DNA of 64,000 nucleotides from Escherichia phage EP75: sequence record MG748547; one strand, 5' to 3'. Shown piece by piece: positions 37,933 to 47,548 of this stretch (position 1 is its first letter; each line of letters starts with the position of its first letter). The notes under the pieces were generated by a model. It saw only the letters and a program-made list of their open reading frames with translations, ran no database searches and was not told where the DNA came from. The position numbers and the translations under genes were made by a program.

Positions 37933-37970
37933 GATTTATTTCCTCACTTTTATAAGCAAGGATATTTATA

Positions 37971-39206
37971 TCATCGTTTCAACAAAGACATGAGGTTTAC
38001 ACTGGTCGACTTCGGATTGTCCTCTATATTCCGGACGGGCATTTTCAGATTAGTGTAAACCTCAGATGGTTCCCAACGCGTACCCTGCTGCAGGTGCCAT
38101 ATATGTAGAGGAACACCCGTTTCAAAGAACACAGGCATCTTCCACTTCTGGACGCCAGGAACGTGCCCTGCAGGAGCTTTTTCGCACAACAGGGTATCTG
38201 GTAGCCAGAGGGAACGGGCTTCCCATAATGCCTTACAGGAGTACTCAGGCCAGATGCGTTCCATGTAGTCGATCTCATCCCAAGTACGCTCGGCATCCCA
38301 CCCGATGTAACGGGTATTCTTCAGACGGAAGAATTTCTTAAGCCAACAAGCACCGGAGGTCTCAAAGTTCAGACGATTGATGAACGTGATGTGGCCGAAC
38401 TCTTCAACGCATTCCTGAAACGCTTTCTCAAGGTCGTTTTCGAGTATATCACATTCTTCGTCTGTAATAGGACAACCGTTGATCTTTTTCTTCCCGTGCT
38501 TGGTCACCCAATCATCACGGTTGGATAAGAACGCCGCGCCGTTACGATTGGATTCGCTACCATCACGGTCACGCAACATGAAACCAGGGACGTCTATATC
38601 CCATATGTTACCGAAGACCATGTTCAGGGCTTCCAGGAAGTTCCATGCGCTCAGGCGACCGAAGTATTTCCATGACATCGCCGTATTCCACAGTTCAGTG
38701 AACTGGTCTTCCTTGGTAGTGCATTCCAACATCCAACGAAAAGAATCCATTTGGGTTTTACCACCCAACCAATCGATATAGGACTGAACGCACGGAATCA
38801 TCTTCGACTTACGATAACGACAATCTGTATCGAAGCGCATACGATCAAAGTTCAGGTTATACCAATCAGAAAATCGCTGAAACTCTTTCGGAGATTGTGG
38901 GGGTACAGGAAATTCACTGTAAATTGTCCATGGTCCAATCCCATTATAGCAACAACCCCACAAAAAGGCCATCCAAATCTTGCGCTCGATCTTCTCGAGC
39001 TGTGTGATGCCTTCTGTAACCTCTATGGCATAATCCATCAGACGGACTTGCTGGTTATGCTCTTCAGTGTAGGATAGCGCCTCCACCCATGCCTTGAGCA
39101 GGTACATGCGATTTTCTGGCTTACGATAATCTACTGCCAGATCAATCGGGTATTTCCATTTTTCAGGGGCTTTATACCCCTGCGGCATTTTAGAAATGTG
39201 TATCAT
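37971..39206 (-). CDS. Hypothetical protein; candidate partner of the thymidine-hypermodification kinase
   Basis: 411 aa with no motif I can name. Lies about 0.8 kb downstream of the P-loop kinase on the same strand. Function is inferred from context only. Confidence 0.3.
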   Translation of the reverse strand: MIHISKMPQGYKAPEKWKYPIDLAVDYRKPENRMYLLKAWVEALSYTEEHNQQVRLMDYAIEVTEGITQLEKIERKIWMAFLWGCCYNGIGPWTIYSEFPVPPQSPKEFQRFSDWYNLNFDRMRFDTDCRYRKSKMIPCVQSYIDWLGGKTQMDSFRWMLECTTKEDQFTELWNTAMSWKYFGRLSAWNFLEALNMVFGNIWDIDVPGFMLRDRDGSESNRNGAAFLSNRDDWVTKHGKKKINGCPITDEECDILENDLEKAFQECVEEFGHITFINRLNFETSGACWLKKFFRLKNTRYIGWDAERTWDEIDYMERIWPEYSCKALWEARSLWLPDTLLCEKAPAGHVPGVQKWKMPVFFETGVPLHIWHLQQGTRWEPSEVYTNLKMPVRNIEDNPKSTSVNLMSLLKR

Positions 39207-39388
39207 CCGATTTTACTCCCGAGTTCAACACGGAACGCCAGATAGAAGAAAGTGGCGATCGATACTGGACAGATCACCAAGAATGGGCGCTGTTGCACCC
39301 CTTCTGTGACCATGACGCCGACCAGCGAAACCGTAAAGATAACGAACATCAGCATCATGAAGATAAAATCAACATGCTTGATTTTCAT
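39203..39388 (-). CDS. Small membrane protein
   Basis: 61 aa with two TM segments. Confidence 0.45.
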   Translation of the reverse strand: MKIKHVDFIFMMLMFVIFTVSLVGVMVTEGVQQRPFLVICPVSIATFFYLAFRVELGSKIG

Positions 39389-39755
39389 CTTTCACTTCCT
39401 CTACAGGAGAAACAACTTCAGGCTCAGCTTCGGGAGCCAGCTGAATTTCTTCGGGGCTTACTACGGGCTGTCCCAGAGACCAGATAGGCAGGAAACGACG
39501 ATCATTCGTCACCAACCAAATTTGCTTGGCGGTTTTCGTCTTTTCGGAAATAAAATGCTGGGCATTGACCTGGGTACGAGCCAAACCCACCTGACGCCAA
39601 GAACCGAAATCCTTAGAAGAAGGATTGGTATTCAGTTGAAATTGTGGGACGATTTTATTCTGTTCCGGATAGTAACGGACAGCGTTAATCATCTTCGCAT
39701 CACCACGGTAATCAATAGCAACAGCGACAACGTTGCGTGGAATGAGGATTTTCAT
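39369..39755 (-). CDS. Hypothetical protein
   Basis: 128 aa. Confidence 0.45.
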   Translation of the reverse strand: MKILIPRNVVAVAIDYRGDAKMINAVRYYPEQNKIVPQFQLNTNPSSKDFGSWRQVGLARTQVNAQHFISEKTKTAKQIWLVTNDRRFLPIWSLGQPVVSPEEIQLAPEAEPEVVSPVEEVKDENQAC

Positions 39756-39756
39756 T

Positions 39757-39960
39757 TTAATTCCTTTTGAAACTCTGAATTATGTTATAGACGAAAGGCG
39801 TTAATAAGATAGCACCCCCCAAATAATATAACGCGTAAACGTTCAATATTTCGGTTGAATCCAACTCAACGATGCCCAAATATTTCATGACACCGACAAG
39901 CACAGCTGTGATACACATCACCAATCCGACGAACACAAAATATTTAGACATCTGTTTCAT
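39757..39960 (-). CDS. Small membrane protein
   Basis: 67 aa with two TM segments. Confidence 0.45.
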   Translation of the reverse strand: MKQMSKYFVFVGLVMCITAVLVGVMKYLGIVELDSTEILNVYALYYLGGAILLTPFVYNIIQSFKRN

Positions 39961-39962
39961 TT

Positions 39963-40868
39963 CTAACCCTTACTCAACAGGCCGAGAAGGGATACAGAGG
40001 ACTTTGTTACCTCTCCCTTGGCGCTCGCCTTGGTTTTAGATTTGGTCGCCTTCTCAGGGACTCGATGCGCTAGAGGATCATCCCCACCGACTTCACGCGT
40101 CATTGGGTCAGTTTCACAGAATCCGTAAAAATCTTTGATGTCCAGACCCATGGCGTGAAACTCACCACGCATTTGATGATGAATAGCGTTACCAATCACC
40201 CACAAAGGTGCATCAAACGGCATCATGGCTAATTCGCTATCATTTCCTGTTTTGAATTCTTGAGTGTTTGTAGACGATTGGCGATACAACACGTCTTGAC
40301 CGCTGTAATCATTGACCACCACTTCCCAACCCAGCGCCAGCATTTCGGCCTTCGACTTCTCAAACTCCTTGGAGTAAGATTCGTTGCGTGACCAGCCGGA
40401 ATCTCCCGCCTCTTTACCAGAACGCCCACGGATACGAGCGTCGTACTGGTAGCGGTCAGGGTATGCAAAGTACAGCAGTGCCAGTGATTCAATCGGATAG
40501 TTCTTGAACATCCATTCAGGACGCCATTTATCCGACAGCATGAGGGGTTCACCCTCGCACACCAAAGTGTAACCCTGAGCCAGCCAACCTTTGACCAGAT
40601 CACGGGCGATATCACCCGAGCCTGTGGCGGCGTGGATGGCGTCCATGGAAGTCCAGGAAGCCAGGCCGGATTTGTTAGACACAGTATACTGGCCAACGAA
40701 GATTAACTTCAGTTCTTCGAACTTCAGGCCGAATGGGCGCGTCTTGTCACCAATGGTGTAGGTGAGTTCAGTAGGGGTTAGGGTAGTGCGCAGCCATTCG
40801 ATGAACTGAACAACACGGGTGCCTTTACCCGTGCCAGAGGTTCCTTTCACTACAATTATTTTAGCCAT
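39963..40868 (-). CDS. P-loop kinase, candidate 5-hydroxymethyl-dU DNA kinase (5-HMUDK-like)
   Basis: Walker A at the extreme N-terminus (VVKGTSGTGKGT), about 300 aa. Matches my recollection of the P-loop kinases used for thymidine hypermodification in ViI-like phages. Confidence 0.5.
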   Translation of the reverse strand: MAKIIVVKGTSGTGKGTRVVQFIEWLRTTLTPTELTYTIGDKTRPFGLKFEELKLIFVGQYTVSNKSGLASWTSMDAIHAATGSGDIARDLVKGWLAQGYTLVCEGEPLMLSDKWRPEWMFKNYPIESLALLYFAYPDRYQYDARIRGRSGKEAGDSGWSRNESYSKEFEKSKAEMLALGWEVVVNDYSGQDVLYRQSSTNTQEFKTGNDSELAMMPFDAPLWVIGNAIHHQMRGEFHAMGLDIKDFYGFCETDPMTREVGGDDPLAHRVPEKATKSKTKASAKGEVTKSSVSLLGLLSKG

Positions 40869-41173
40869 TATGCATCTTCCTCAATACGCCAGCTCACACC
40901 ACCCAACCAGGGAGACCAGAAAACAGCAACCTGTGGGCGATCGTTTTCTACAAACTTCACTTTATACTGGTCATCAAAGTTATAGAAAATTTCGTCGTCA
41001 TCAGGTGCCATACCGTTTTCGATCAGAACTCGTTTTAATTCCAACGCTGCGCCAACGGAAGTTGGTGGATTCTGATTACGGATGAAGTTGTTTACATGGA
41101 TAATGATACCATCCATATCACTGTCACCGGAACGCTTGTCAGGGCTTTCTACAACTTTATTTTGTTCTTGCAC
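40868..41173 (-). CDS. Hypothetical protein
   Basis: 101 aa, 1-nt overlap with the downstream gene. Confidence 0.45.
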   Translation of the reverse strand: MQEQNKVVESPDKRSGDSDMDGIIIHVNNFIRNQNPPTSVGAALELKRVLIENGMAPDDDEIFYNFDDQYKVKFVENDRPQVAVFWSPWLGGVSWRIEEDA

Positions 41174-41182
41174 GATGTGCTC

Positions 41183-41965
41183 CTATCGGACATATTGATA
41201 ATGAGAAACCAGGCGATTCACCACTTCATCGAGGTTACGATTTAAGAAGTCAAAGTGGTTTTGGCCTTCTACATGCTTAATATAAAGCATATCCTCGCAA
41301 TTCGAAAGATCCAGTTTTTCATAATTGCCCTGAGGGACGAAGATGACGAAGATGTTATTCAGGGCACACGGCTCAACATACTTCGGATTGTCGTCGATCA
41401 GGACATCGCCAGCAAGCAGATGCTTTTCATCCGTGCTCACGAACCCATTAATCAACGATTCAAAGTGATGGTATGTGAACTGACGCTTGCTGCGTTCGTG
41501 TTCCGGTTCGCATTTTGTAACTGCCACCATTTCCACTTGCTCAAACTTCTGAAGGAGAGAGGCCTTTAAATTCGTAAGGAATTCAACAGCCCCTGGCAGT
41601 GGTGACATTCTGGAATACAGATCAGGCATACGCCACCAATCCATCGGATCACGTCCTGTTGGCGAATCCATCCACTGACCAGCAACGAATACACGGCGCG
41701 TTAACCAGGCCGGATGCGCGCGTTCACGCATGAGGATCGCCAGATCACCAGCGTGTGACATATAGCACTCTTTGGTGATTGGTTGAAATTCAGATGGGTA
41801 GTCGTGACATCCCATATTTTCCGCAGCGGCTTTAGAATTAGAGATATTGAACCATTCAACCCACGGCGAAAGGGAATCAACCAGAGTCAAATCCACATCC
41901 ACCAGAACGCGATATAACCCGCCAATTTTAGAACATGCGTCATACAGACCAACGTGATTATTCAT
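41183..41965 (-). CDS. HAD-family 5'(3')-deoxyribonucleotidase-like phosphatase
   Basis: Motif I DVDLT in VLVDVDLTLVDS. Motif IV LIDDNPKY. Start moved to ATG 41965, just after the upstream stop. Confidence 0.5.
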   Translation of the reverse strand: MNNHVGLYDACSKIGGLYRVLVDVDLTLVDSLSPWVEWFNISNSKAAAENMGCHDYPSEFQPITKECYMSHAGDLAILMRERAHPAWLTRRVFVAGQWMDSPTGRDPMDWWRMPDLYSRMSPLPGAVEFLTNLKASLLQKFEQVEMVAVTKCEPEHERSKRQFTYHHFESLINGFVSTDEKHLLAGDVLIDDNPKYVEPCALNNIFVIFVPQGNYEKLDLSNCEDMLYIKHVEGQNHFDFLNRNLDEVVNRLVSHYQYVR

Positions 41966-42302
41966 CAGATTTCTCCACTTGATCATAACCAGTTGCGGTG
42001 CATTGTTCTTCGGTGCAATCGGCATACAGAACCACAGAAGATTCCTTCACGTAAGTGGTGCAGTGATAGGTTTCATCTTCCTGGATGGAATCATCATAAT
42101 TGCAAACAGTTTGCAACGGACCAGGAGTGGTGTTGTCCAAAGCTGCATGTGCCTTGATGGTGTCTTCCATCTTATTCACCGCTTGCTGATTGGTGAACGT
42201 CGGCGCATCGAGGTCAACGGTAGACGCAACGTCCAGAAGGGTAGAGCATGCAGTGGTAGAGAAAGCCAGAGCACACACCAGAAGAATCTTATTGAGTTTC
42301 AT
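41958..42302 (-). CDS. Putative lipoprotein
   Basis: MKLNKILLVCALAFSTTAC signal/lipobox-like N-terminus. Promoter hairpin 42331-42362 upstream. Confidence 0.45.
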   Translation of the reverse strand: MKLNKILLVCALAFSTTACSTLLDVASTVDLDAPTFTNQQAVNKMEDTIKAHAALDNTTPGPLQTVCNYDDSIQEDETYHCTTYVKESSVVLYADCTEEQCTATGYDQVEKSDE

Positions 42303-42330
42303 AACAATACCTGTTGTCAAAGGGATAACA

Positions 42331-42362
42331 GGGGGAATTATATCCCCCTTTGTTTTATTGAA
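42331..42362 (-). promoter_or_regulatory. Promoter cassette: TTCAATAA-N12-TATAAT forming the loop of GGGGGA/TCCCCC
   Basis: Box 42355-42362, -10 42337-42342 is exactly the 6-nt loop of hairpin 42331-42348. Lies just after the polymerase stop. Confidence 0.6.
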
Positions 42363-45359
42363 TCAACCTTTCTTGCCCATCATGGACAACAGATTAACTC
42401 GACGTTTGTGAGACCAACCAACCACGTCTAGAATAGACTGTATCGGCTCTATGAAGGTCTTTTCAAACGTAGTGTGGTAATCTACCCACTTATCCAGCCC
42501 CAACTCCGGAGGGAGGAAGTCAGGGAAGGCTATGCGGTCGTTCCCCACAGGGTTCCCAGGTTTCAGGTTAATGATTTTAACCTTATCGCCAGATTCTATC
42601 GGCGGGAGACCGAGGTCTTCATGCTTGTCTATCAGCTTGTTGTACATAATACAAGCCTTGGCAGCAAAGTGTGTGCCACTGATATAATTCCCGTTCGCGT
42701 CTAACCACTTCTCAATATCACTAACGCCAGAGGCTTGAGCAATATCATCCACGGTTAATTCCATATATTCCTTCTTATAACCCGCGATCAATTCCTGAAC
42801 TTCAGCCTCCGTCCCCAGCAGAACTTTCTCATAGCATTTAACCAGACGTTCACGACACCATTCCGGCGTTGTAGATTTACGCGCTTCCAGACCTTTGAAT
42901 TTGATCTTTGGCTTCTCATACTTGATGCCTTCGCTATCGTATACTGCCATGCAATACATCTTCTTGGCTCGCCATACAGCAGACGATGCGATGACCTCAC
43001 GTTCCCAGACCATGCGCTGCTCAAACCCGTTCATGGTATTACACAACAACTGCGCCCATTCACTGGTTTTTGGCTGGTAATTCTCTTTGATCCATTGGTC
43101 AATGTTATCAACGAGTTTGTGATGGTCCTTTTCTTCAGGCCACAATTGCTTGACCAGGCGTTCAATGCAAATGTAGTTGGAGTCAGTATCACCCGCGATA
43201 ACAAAATCCTGACCAGTAGTGCCGCAAAGTTTGTTCAGATAATCATCGGTGTGGCGTTTGTTCCATTTGTTGATCAGCTGGCCGGAAGTGGTGATTGCTT
43301 CAGCGATGTTGATGTTGAAGTATTCTTTAAACCAGACGTTAGAAATTGCGCCATATCCTGCGTTCATCAAGATTTTCAGACCTTGTTGTAACGTATCTTG
43401 GGCAACTCCCAAATCTTCCCACTTATGCATGACTTCAGTCAGGTGATCAAGATCGATGTGCTTGTGTTCTTCATACCATTCAGGATCGTAGAAACGAGAC
43501 TTCATGGCGGATTCAAGGTGGAAATCACCTTTAGACATCTCCTTACACCAACCAGCCCATTGCTCATATTTCAGGCCTGTTGCTTTCTCCCCTTTACGGT
43601 CAGCGTATATGCCTCGCATAATTTCGGAAAGGAAGGACATCTTCTCATTACTGAAGAACTGAACGTTCGGGGTAAACGAAACGTTATATCGGCGTAGTGT
43701 TTCAAAATGGAATTCGCCCAGCGCGACCAATTCATCAACAACTTGTATGCGTTCATCAATAGCACGCTGCAACTTGTCGTGAAGATTTTTGAGATGACGA
43801 CGTTTATTCATCGGCGTTGTCATATCATTCATCGCTTTGGTCAATTCCTCACACATGGCCTCAATAATATCACGGCGGGTGTGCTTATCAGAAACGATAG
43901 TCTCTGGACCAAGGTTGTATTGTTGTATAATGTGAGGGTACAGGGAGTTTAAGTCCTCAGAGAAGACCCAGAAATATATCCCTGGTGTAACCTCCATGAC
44001 ATACGCGCCTTCAAAATCTGTTGGCCCGTCATAGACGCGCTGTATTTTAGGGACAATCCCCTTTTCATAAAGACGATAATAGCACATTGCCAGCCACGGT
44101 GCTACAGTGCCGAGACCGTCTTCATAGTTAGATTTGGTGCGATACGCCAATACAAACATCAGCTGTATCAAACGCAGTTTTTGTTCTAAGCGCCACACGA
44201 GTTTGACGTCTTTGATACCATATCGCGTATGCTTGCAATAATCATTGAAATAAAGGTCATACAACGATTTGCTTTCACTATAATCCAACTTCTTCTCGCC
44301 GAGTTCACAATAAGCGATCCAGTCCAGTGAGTATTTTTCGCGGGTGGTGTAAGTGTGCTTCTTGTACACTTGCATGTAGTCCATCATTGGACAACCCACA
44401 AACTGATAAGACGTGACGTCCCCTTTACGGTCTTTGATGAAACGTTTCTTCAGTTTACCCCAAGGGCTGAGACGTTCGGCTTGTGTTTCACCAAGAACCT
44501 GCGTAATTCGTTCAACCAAATAGGGGCTATCGAACGTTTCAATGTTCCACCCCGTCCAACCGTCAAATTGACGTTCCGACCAGTAATCCAAGAAGGCGCG
44601 AAGCAGATCTTGTTCCGTCGTATATTCTTTATATTCGACCTCAAGACCGCCGACTTCTTCATCATTGGGATCATATTTGAATTTATGGCGATCCTTGGAA
44701 CACGGCATACCCCAGACATAGAATTTGTTGGTATTCATATCTTGGAGCTGAATCAGCGTAATAGGGAACGCTGCATTCATGTTCTGGGTGATCTTACCAT
44801 TACTGTCGATGATTGGGAATTGATCAGTAACATTGTTGGAAATAAAGGAACCAGGGAAATGCTCCCGAACGAAGTCATGGTTGGCCAGGACTTGCTTATG
44901 GAAGCGGCGAACCCGCGCCTCGCTGCCTTTAAACGTGTGGGATTCAATGGTTGCGTGTGGGAATGGACCTTTAGTCATTTCTCCGTCACGCCAACCAGCC
45001 GAGAACACTTCGATATCCACGTTGGCGATGTGGATATTTGAATAATCAGGTGTGATCATCCCAGGAAAACTATGGGCGATGAATTGATATGCATAATCCG
45101 TTTGTCCATACACCGCAGCGCCTTCGACCTCCTTGTACTCCTCAAGATAGTTGTCAGCGTCGCGCATTGATGCAAACTTTTTAGACACCAACGGTTCGTT
45201 GAGGAGGCCAATCTTTTCAACTTTGGAATAATCAGCTGTGGGTAAATACAAGGTGGGTTCGAATTTCTTACGCAACATTCGGCGATTGCCGTTGTCGTCT
45301 GCGATACGAATCAGAAGGTCGTTACCCTGTCGGGCAACGTTCGTATAGAAAACAGTCAT
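42363..45359 (-). CDS. DNA polymerase, family B (T4 gp43-like)
   Basis: ExoI DIEV, motif A DLNSLYP, motif B KILMNAGYG, motif C GDTDS. Start set at MTVFYTN (ATG 45359, SD GGAG). Confidence 0.93.
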   Translation of the reverse strand: MTVFYTNVARQGNDLLIRIADDNGNRRMLRKKFEPTLYLPTADYSKVEKIGLLNEPLVSKKFASMRDADNYLEEYKEVEGAAVYGQTDYAYQFIAHSFPGMITPDYSNIHIANVDIEVFSAGWRDGEMTKGPFPHATIESHTFKGSEARVRRFHKQVLANHDFVREHFPGSFISNNVTDQFPIIDSNGKITQNMNAAFPITLIQLQDMNTNKFYVWGMPCSKDRHKFKYDPNDEEVGGLEVEYKEYTTEQDLLRAFLDYWSERQFDGWTGWNIETFDSPYLVERITQVLGETQAERLSPWGKLKKRFIKDRKGDVTSYQFVGCPMMDYMQVYKKHTYTTREKYSLDWIAYCELGEKKLDYSESKSLYDLYFNDYCKHTRYGIKDVKLVWRLEQKLRLIQLMFVLAYRTKSNYEDGLGTVAPWLAMCYYRLYEKGIVPKIQRVYDGPTDFEGAYVMEVTPGIYFWVFSEDLNSLYPHIIQQYNLGPETIVSDKHTRRDIIEAMCEELTKAMNDMTTPMNKRRHLKNLHDKLQRAIDERIQVVDELVALGEFHFETLRRYNVSFTPNVQFFSNEKMSFLSEIMRGIYADRKGEKATGLKYEQWAGWCKEMSKGDFHLESAMKSRFYDPEWYEEHKHIDLDHLTEVMHKWEDLGVAQDTLQQGLKILMNAGYGAISNVWFKEYFNINIAEAITTSGQLINKWNKRHTDDYLNKLCGTTGQDFVIAGDTDSNYICIERLVKQLWPEEKDHHKLVDNIDQWIKENYQPKTSEWAQLLCNTMNGFEQRMVWEREVIASSAVWRAKKMYCMAVYDSEGIKYEKPKIKFKGLEARKSTTPEWCRERLVKCYEKVLLGTEAEVQELIAGYKKEYMELTVDDIAQASGVSDIEKWLDANGNYISGTHFAAKACIMYNKLIDKHEDLGLPPIESGDKVKIINLKPGNPVGNDRIAFPDFLPPELGLDKWVDYHTTFEKTFIEPIQSILDVVGWSHKRRVNLLSMMGKKG

Positions 45360-45438
45360 TGTTTGTCTCCGGTTAACCGTGCCGTCAGCACGTCCCCGTA
45401 ATTTAACCGAGGAACGTTCAATGACCAAGGAGTTTAAA

Positions 45439-46011
45439 ATGGCAATCCCCTTTGTGAGCATGATTCCAGGGGCGCTAAAGCAACTCTGGAATCTTGGGAC
45501 TGATTTGGTGCAATATAAGCGGGAAATTGTTCAGGCTAAACACGATGTTAAACTGGAGGCAATAAAGTCTTCTTCAGAATGGGAACTTTCTAAGATTACC
45601 GAAGTCGGCGGTTCTTGGAAAGATGAATTCTGGACAATCGTTTTGGCTGTTCCCGCTATCCTTGTTATGATCGCTCCGGTTGTGGAACTTCTAATGTTCC
45701 CCACCGAGTATCATAAAGGGGATTTCATCAAAGCAGTAATTGATGGTATGCAAGCCCTTGAAACAGCACCTGATTGGTATACTGCTTCGCTATTGACAGC
45801 AATTAGTGCATCATTCGGTATCAAGGGGTACAACCATTACAAAAGCAATAGCCGGAAGGCGCAAGCTGTGGATGCTCTCAAACAGTTTGGGGTCAAAGTG
45901 GTTAACAAAGATCCCACTGTTGTTACTCAGTCGGGTTCTCCCGATCTTGAGTCTGCTCCCCCAGCTGGGTCTACTGCGACCTCTGGTGCGTGGCCTGATC
46001 TGAAGAAATAA
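45439..46011 (+). CDS. Membrane protein, holin-like (tentative)
   Basis: ATG 45439 with SD AAGGAG. N-terminus IPFVSMIPGALKQL.. plus TM segments. Terminator follows. Confidence 0.35.
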   Translation: MAIPFVSMIPGALKQLWNLGTDLVQYKREIVQAKHDVKLEAIKSSSEWELSKITEVGGSWKDEFWTIVLAVPAILVMIAPVVELLMFPTEYHKGDFIKAVIDGMQALETAPDWYTASLLTAISASFGIKGYNHYKSNSRKAQAVDALKQFGVKVVNKDPTVVTQSGSPDLESAPPAGSTATSGAWPDLKK

Positions 46012-46015
46012 GTTC

Positions 46016-46040
46016 AAGGGGAGGAAACTCCCCTTTCTTT
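46016..46040 (+). terminator. Intrinsic terminator
   Basis: AAGGGGAG-GAAA-CTCCCCTT followed by TCTTTT. Confidence 0.7.
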
Positions 46041-46053
46041 TGGTGTTTAGGGA

Positions 46054-46266
46054 ATGAAAGTGGTAAACAAGAGATTGCTCGTTACCCAAGGCGGGGCGAC
46101 GATAGTACGCGGAAGGATATATGAACAAACACAGCTTGGTGATCATAAGACTCGTCTGACGGTTAAAGCACCCGACGGTGGTTGGCCAACAAAGGTGATT
46201 GTCCCAGACGGCCTCATAGAACGAGGGACGGCGACGTATAAAGGAGCAGAGTTCAAAATTTATTAA
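46054..46266 (+). CDS. Hypothetical protein
   Basis: 70 aa. Confidence 0.4.
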   Translation: MKVVNKRLLVTQGGATIVRGRIYEQTQLGDHKTRLTVKAPDGGWPTKVIVPDGLIERGTATYKGAEFKIY

Positions 46267-46270
46267 AATA

Positions 46271-46300
46271 TTTATTGAATAAAGTTTACTTCTTCAATAA
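46271..46300 (+). promoter_or_regulatory. Palindromic box TTTATTGAATAAA plus a second TTCAATAA box
   Basis: 13-mer 46271-46283 is identical to 55116-55128. Box 46293-46300. The -10 is unclear (TATACT/TCTAAT). Confidence 0.4.
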
Positions 46301-46361
46301 CTGGCGTATACTTCTAATTGTAGTACGAACAAACAACAATCTGAAGAGAAGGAAATACATC

Positions 46362-46919
46362 ATGGCAATCGAAATTATCGCTCAATCAAAATCAGGCAAA
46401 ACAGTTCTGTTCGGAACCGAAGAAGGTCGTGCAATCACCACCCTGGGTACGGTTGACGGCAGCAATCCAGTAAAAGGCGGTCGCTTTCTGGTTGAATACG
46501 GTTCTCGTGTTGTAATGATAAGCAAAATCGATGGTCGTGAAATCACTGCTCCTCGCCAAGAGTTCTTTGATTCACGTTCCGCTGCCATGCAGTTCTTTTT
46601 CTTCCAGAAACGTCATGAACTGTTCGTTGAAGCGAAAGACGCAGGTCTGGACGACGCGACGGCTGAACTGATTGCCGAAGGTAAAATGACTCTTGAGGCT
46701 GCTCTCGGAGACATGGATTGCGAAGCCGAAGCACATTATATTGAATATTCCGCATATCAGAACGAATGTGAAGATGATCCGGAAGATGACGGCTTCGACC
46801 CTGACCTCCACGGCGGTGAAGACGATAACACCCCTTCCCTAGAAGTTCTGATGGCTGGCGGCCAGGCCGCTTGGGAATGGCAGAACGAGAAGAACGCCTG
46901 GCTGGATTCCCGTATCTAA
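46362..46919 (+). CDS. Hypothetical protein with acidic C-terminal half
   Basis: ATG 46362 with SD GAAGGAAA. Track start 46275 is upstream of the promoter box. Terminator follows. Confidence 0.5.
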   Translation: MAIEIIAQSKSGKTVLFGTEEGRAITTLGTVDGSNPVKGGRFLVEYGSRVVMISKIDGREITAPRQEFFDSRSAAMQFFFFQKRHELFVEAKDAGLDDATAELIAEGKMTLEAALGDMDCEAEAHYIEYSAYQNECEDDPEDDGFDPDLHGGEDDNTPSLEVLMAGGQAAWEWQNEKNAWLDSRI

Positions 46920-46926
46920 TTGATTG

Positions 46927-46944
46927 AAGCCCCTTCGGGGGCTT
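46927..46944 (+). terminator. Intrinsic terminator-like hairpin
   Basis: AAGCCCC-TTCG-GGGGCTT. Confidence 0.55.
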
Positions 46945-46967
46945 ACTTTGAACTGAAGGACTATATC

Positions 46968-47513
46968 ATGAGCAACCCAAAAACTCCTGTCCGTATTGCC
47001 GTCGAGCCTCTACTGGTTGATGCTGAGAATGCTGCTGAGCAGTACGCGAACAAAGTCATCAAGAACATAATGGACGATCTGGCATCCAACGGCTGGGACG
47101 TCGAGAAGTGTGCTCCGTGGCCATCTTCGGTTGGTGTCAAGTTTGGTGATCCAGATTACCAACGAATGAAATCTAAACACGCGCTCTACCGTTCTTTGAC
47201 CCAGGCAGTGAATCCTTCTTACATACCTGGGAAGCCGGATATTGTCAAAGCTGATCTTGATCGCCATGCTCTGTTTGTCAAAGAAGCACGTCGAAACGCT
47301 GCGATGCAATATGAGTCTTTCATTTGTAAACTGGAAAACAAAATTGGTAGTCATAGTGCGGCTGTACTGAACGGTTCCCATGTATGGGGTTATTCAATCC
47401 TAACCGTGACCACACCAGAGGGGATTCAGCGCTGGAAGACTCAGACGATTATCAATATGTCCAAGTTGGGCAAACTCTTTAACCAATATCCAACCAGGAA
47501 GGTGAAGGAGTAA
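46968..47513 (+). CDS. Hypothetical protein
   Basis: Start moved to ATG 46968. The track N-terminus would cover terminator 46927-46944. Confidence 0.5.
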   Translation: MSNPKTPVRIAVEPLLVDAENAAEQYANKVIKNIMDDLASNGWDVEKCAPWPSSVGVKFGDPDYQRMKSKHALYRSLTQAVNPSYIPGKPDIVKADLDRHALFVKEARRNAAMQYESFICKLENKIGSHSAAVLNGSHVWGYSILTVTTPEGIQRWKTQTIINMSKLGKLFNQYPTRKVKE

Positions 47514-47525
47514 AATTAGAACAAC

Positions 47526-47545
47526 AAAGGGGCATTAAGCCCCTT
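47526..47545. terminator. Bidirectional terminator between convergent genes
   Basis: AAAGGGGC-ATTA-GCCCCTTT flanked by A-runs and T-runs. Confidence 0.7.
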
Positions 47546-47548
47546 TGT

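Noticed and set aside
42363-45461. The track's longer DNA polymerase start (45461), and likewise the longer starts of 46275-46919, 46920-47513, 13864-14232 and 22039-22569.
   Set aside because: The extensions lack SDs and cover promoters, terminators or the end of the upstream gene. Internal ATGs with good SDs give N-termini that fit better (for example MTVFYTN for the polymerase).
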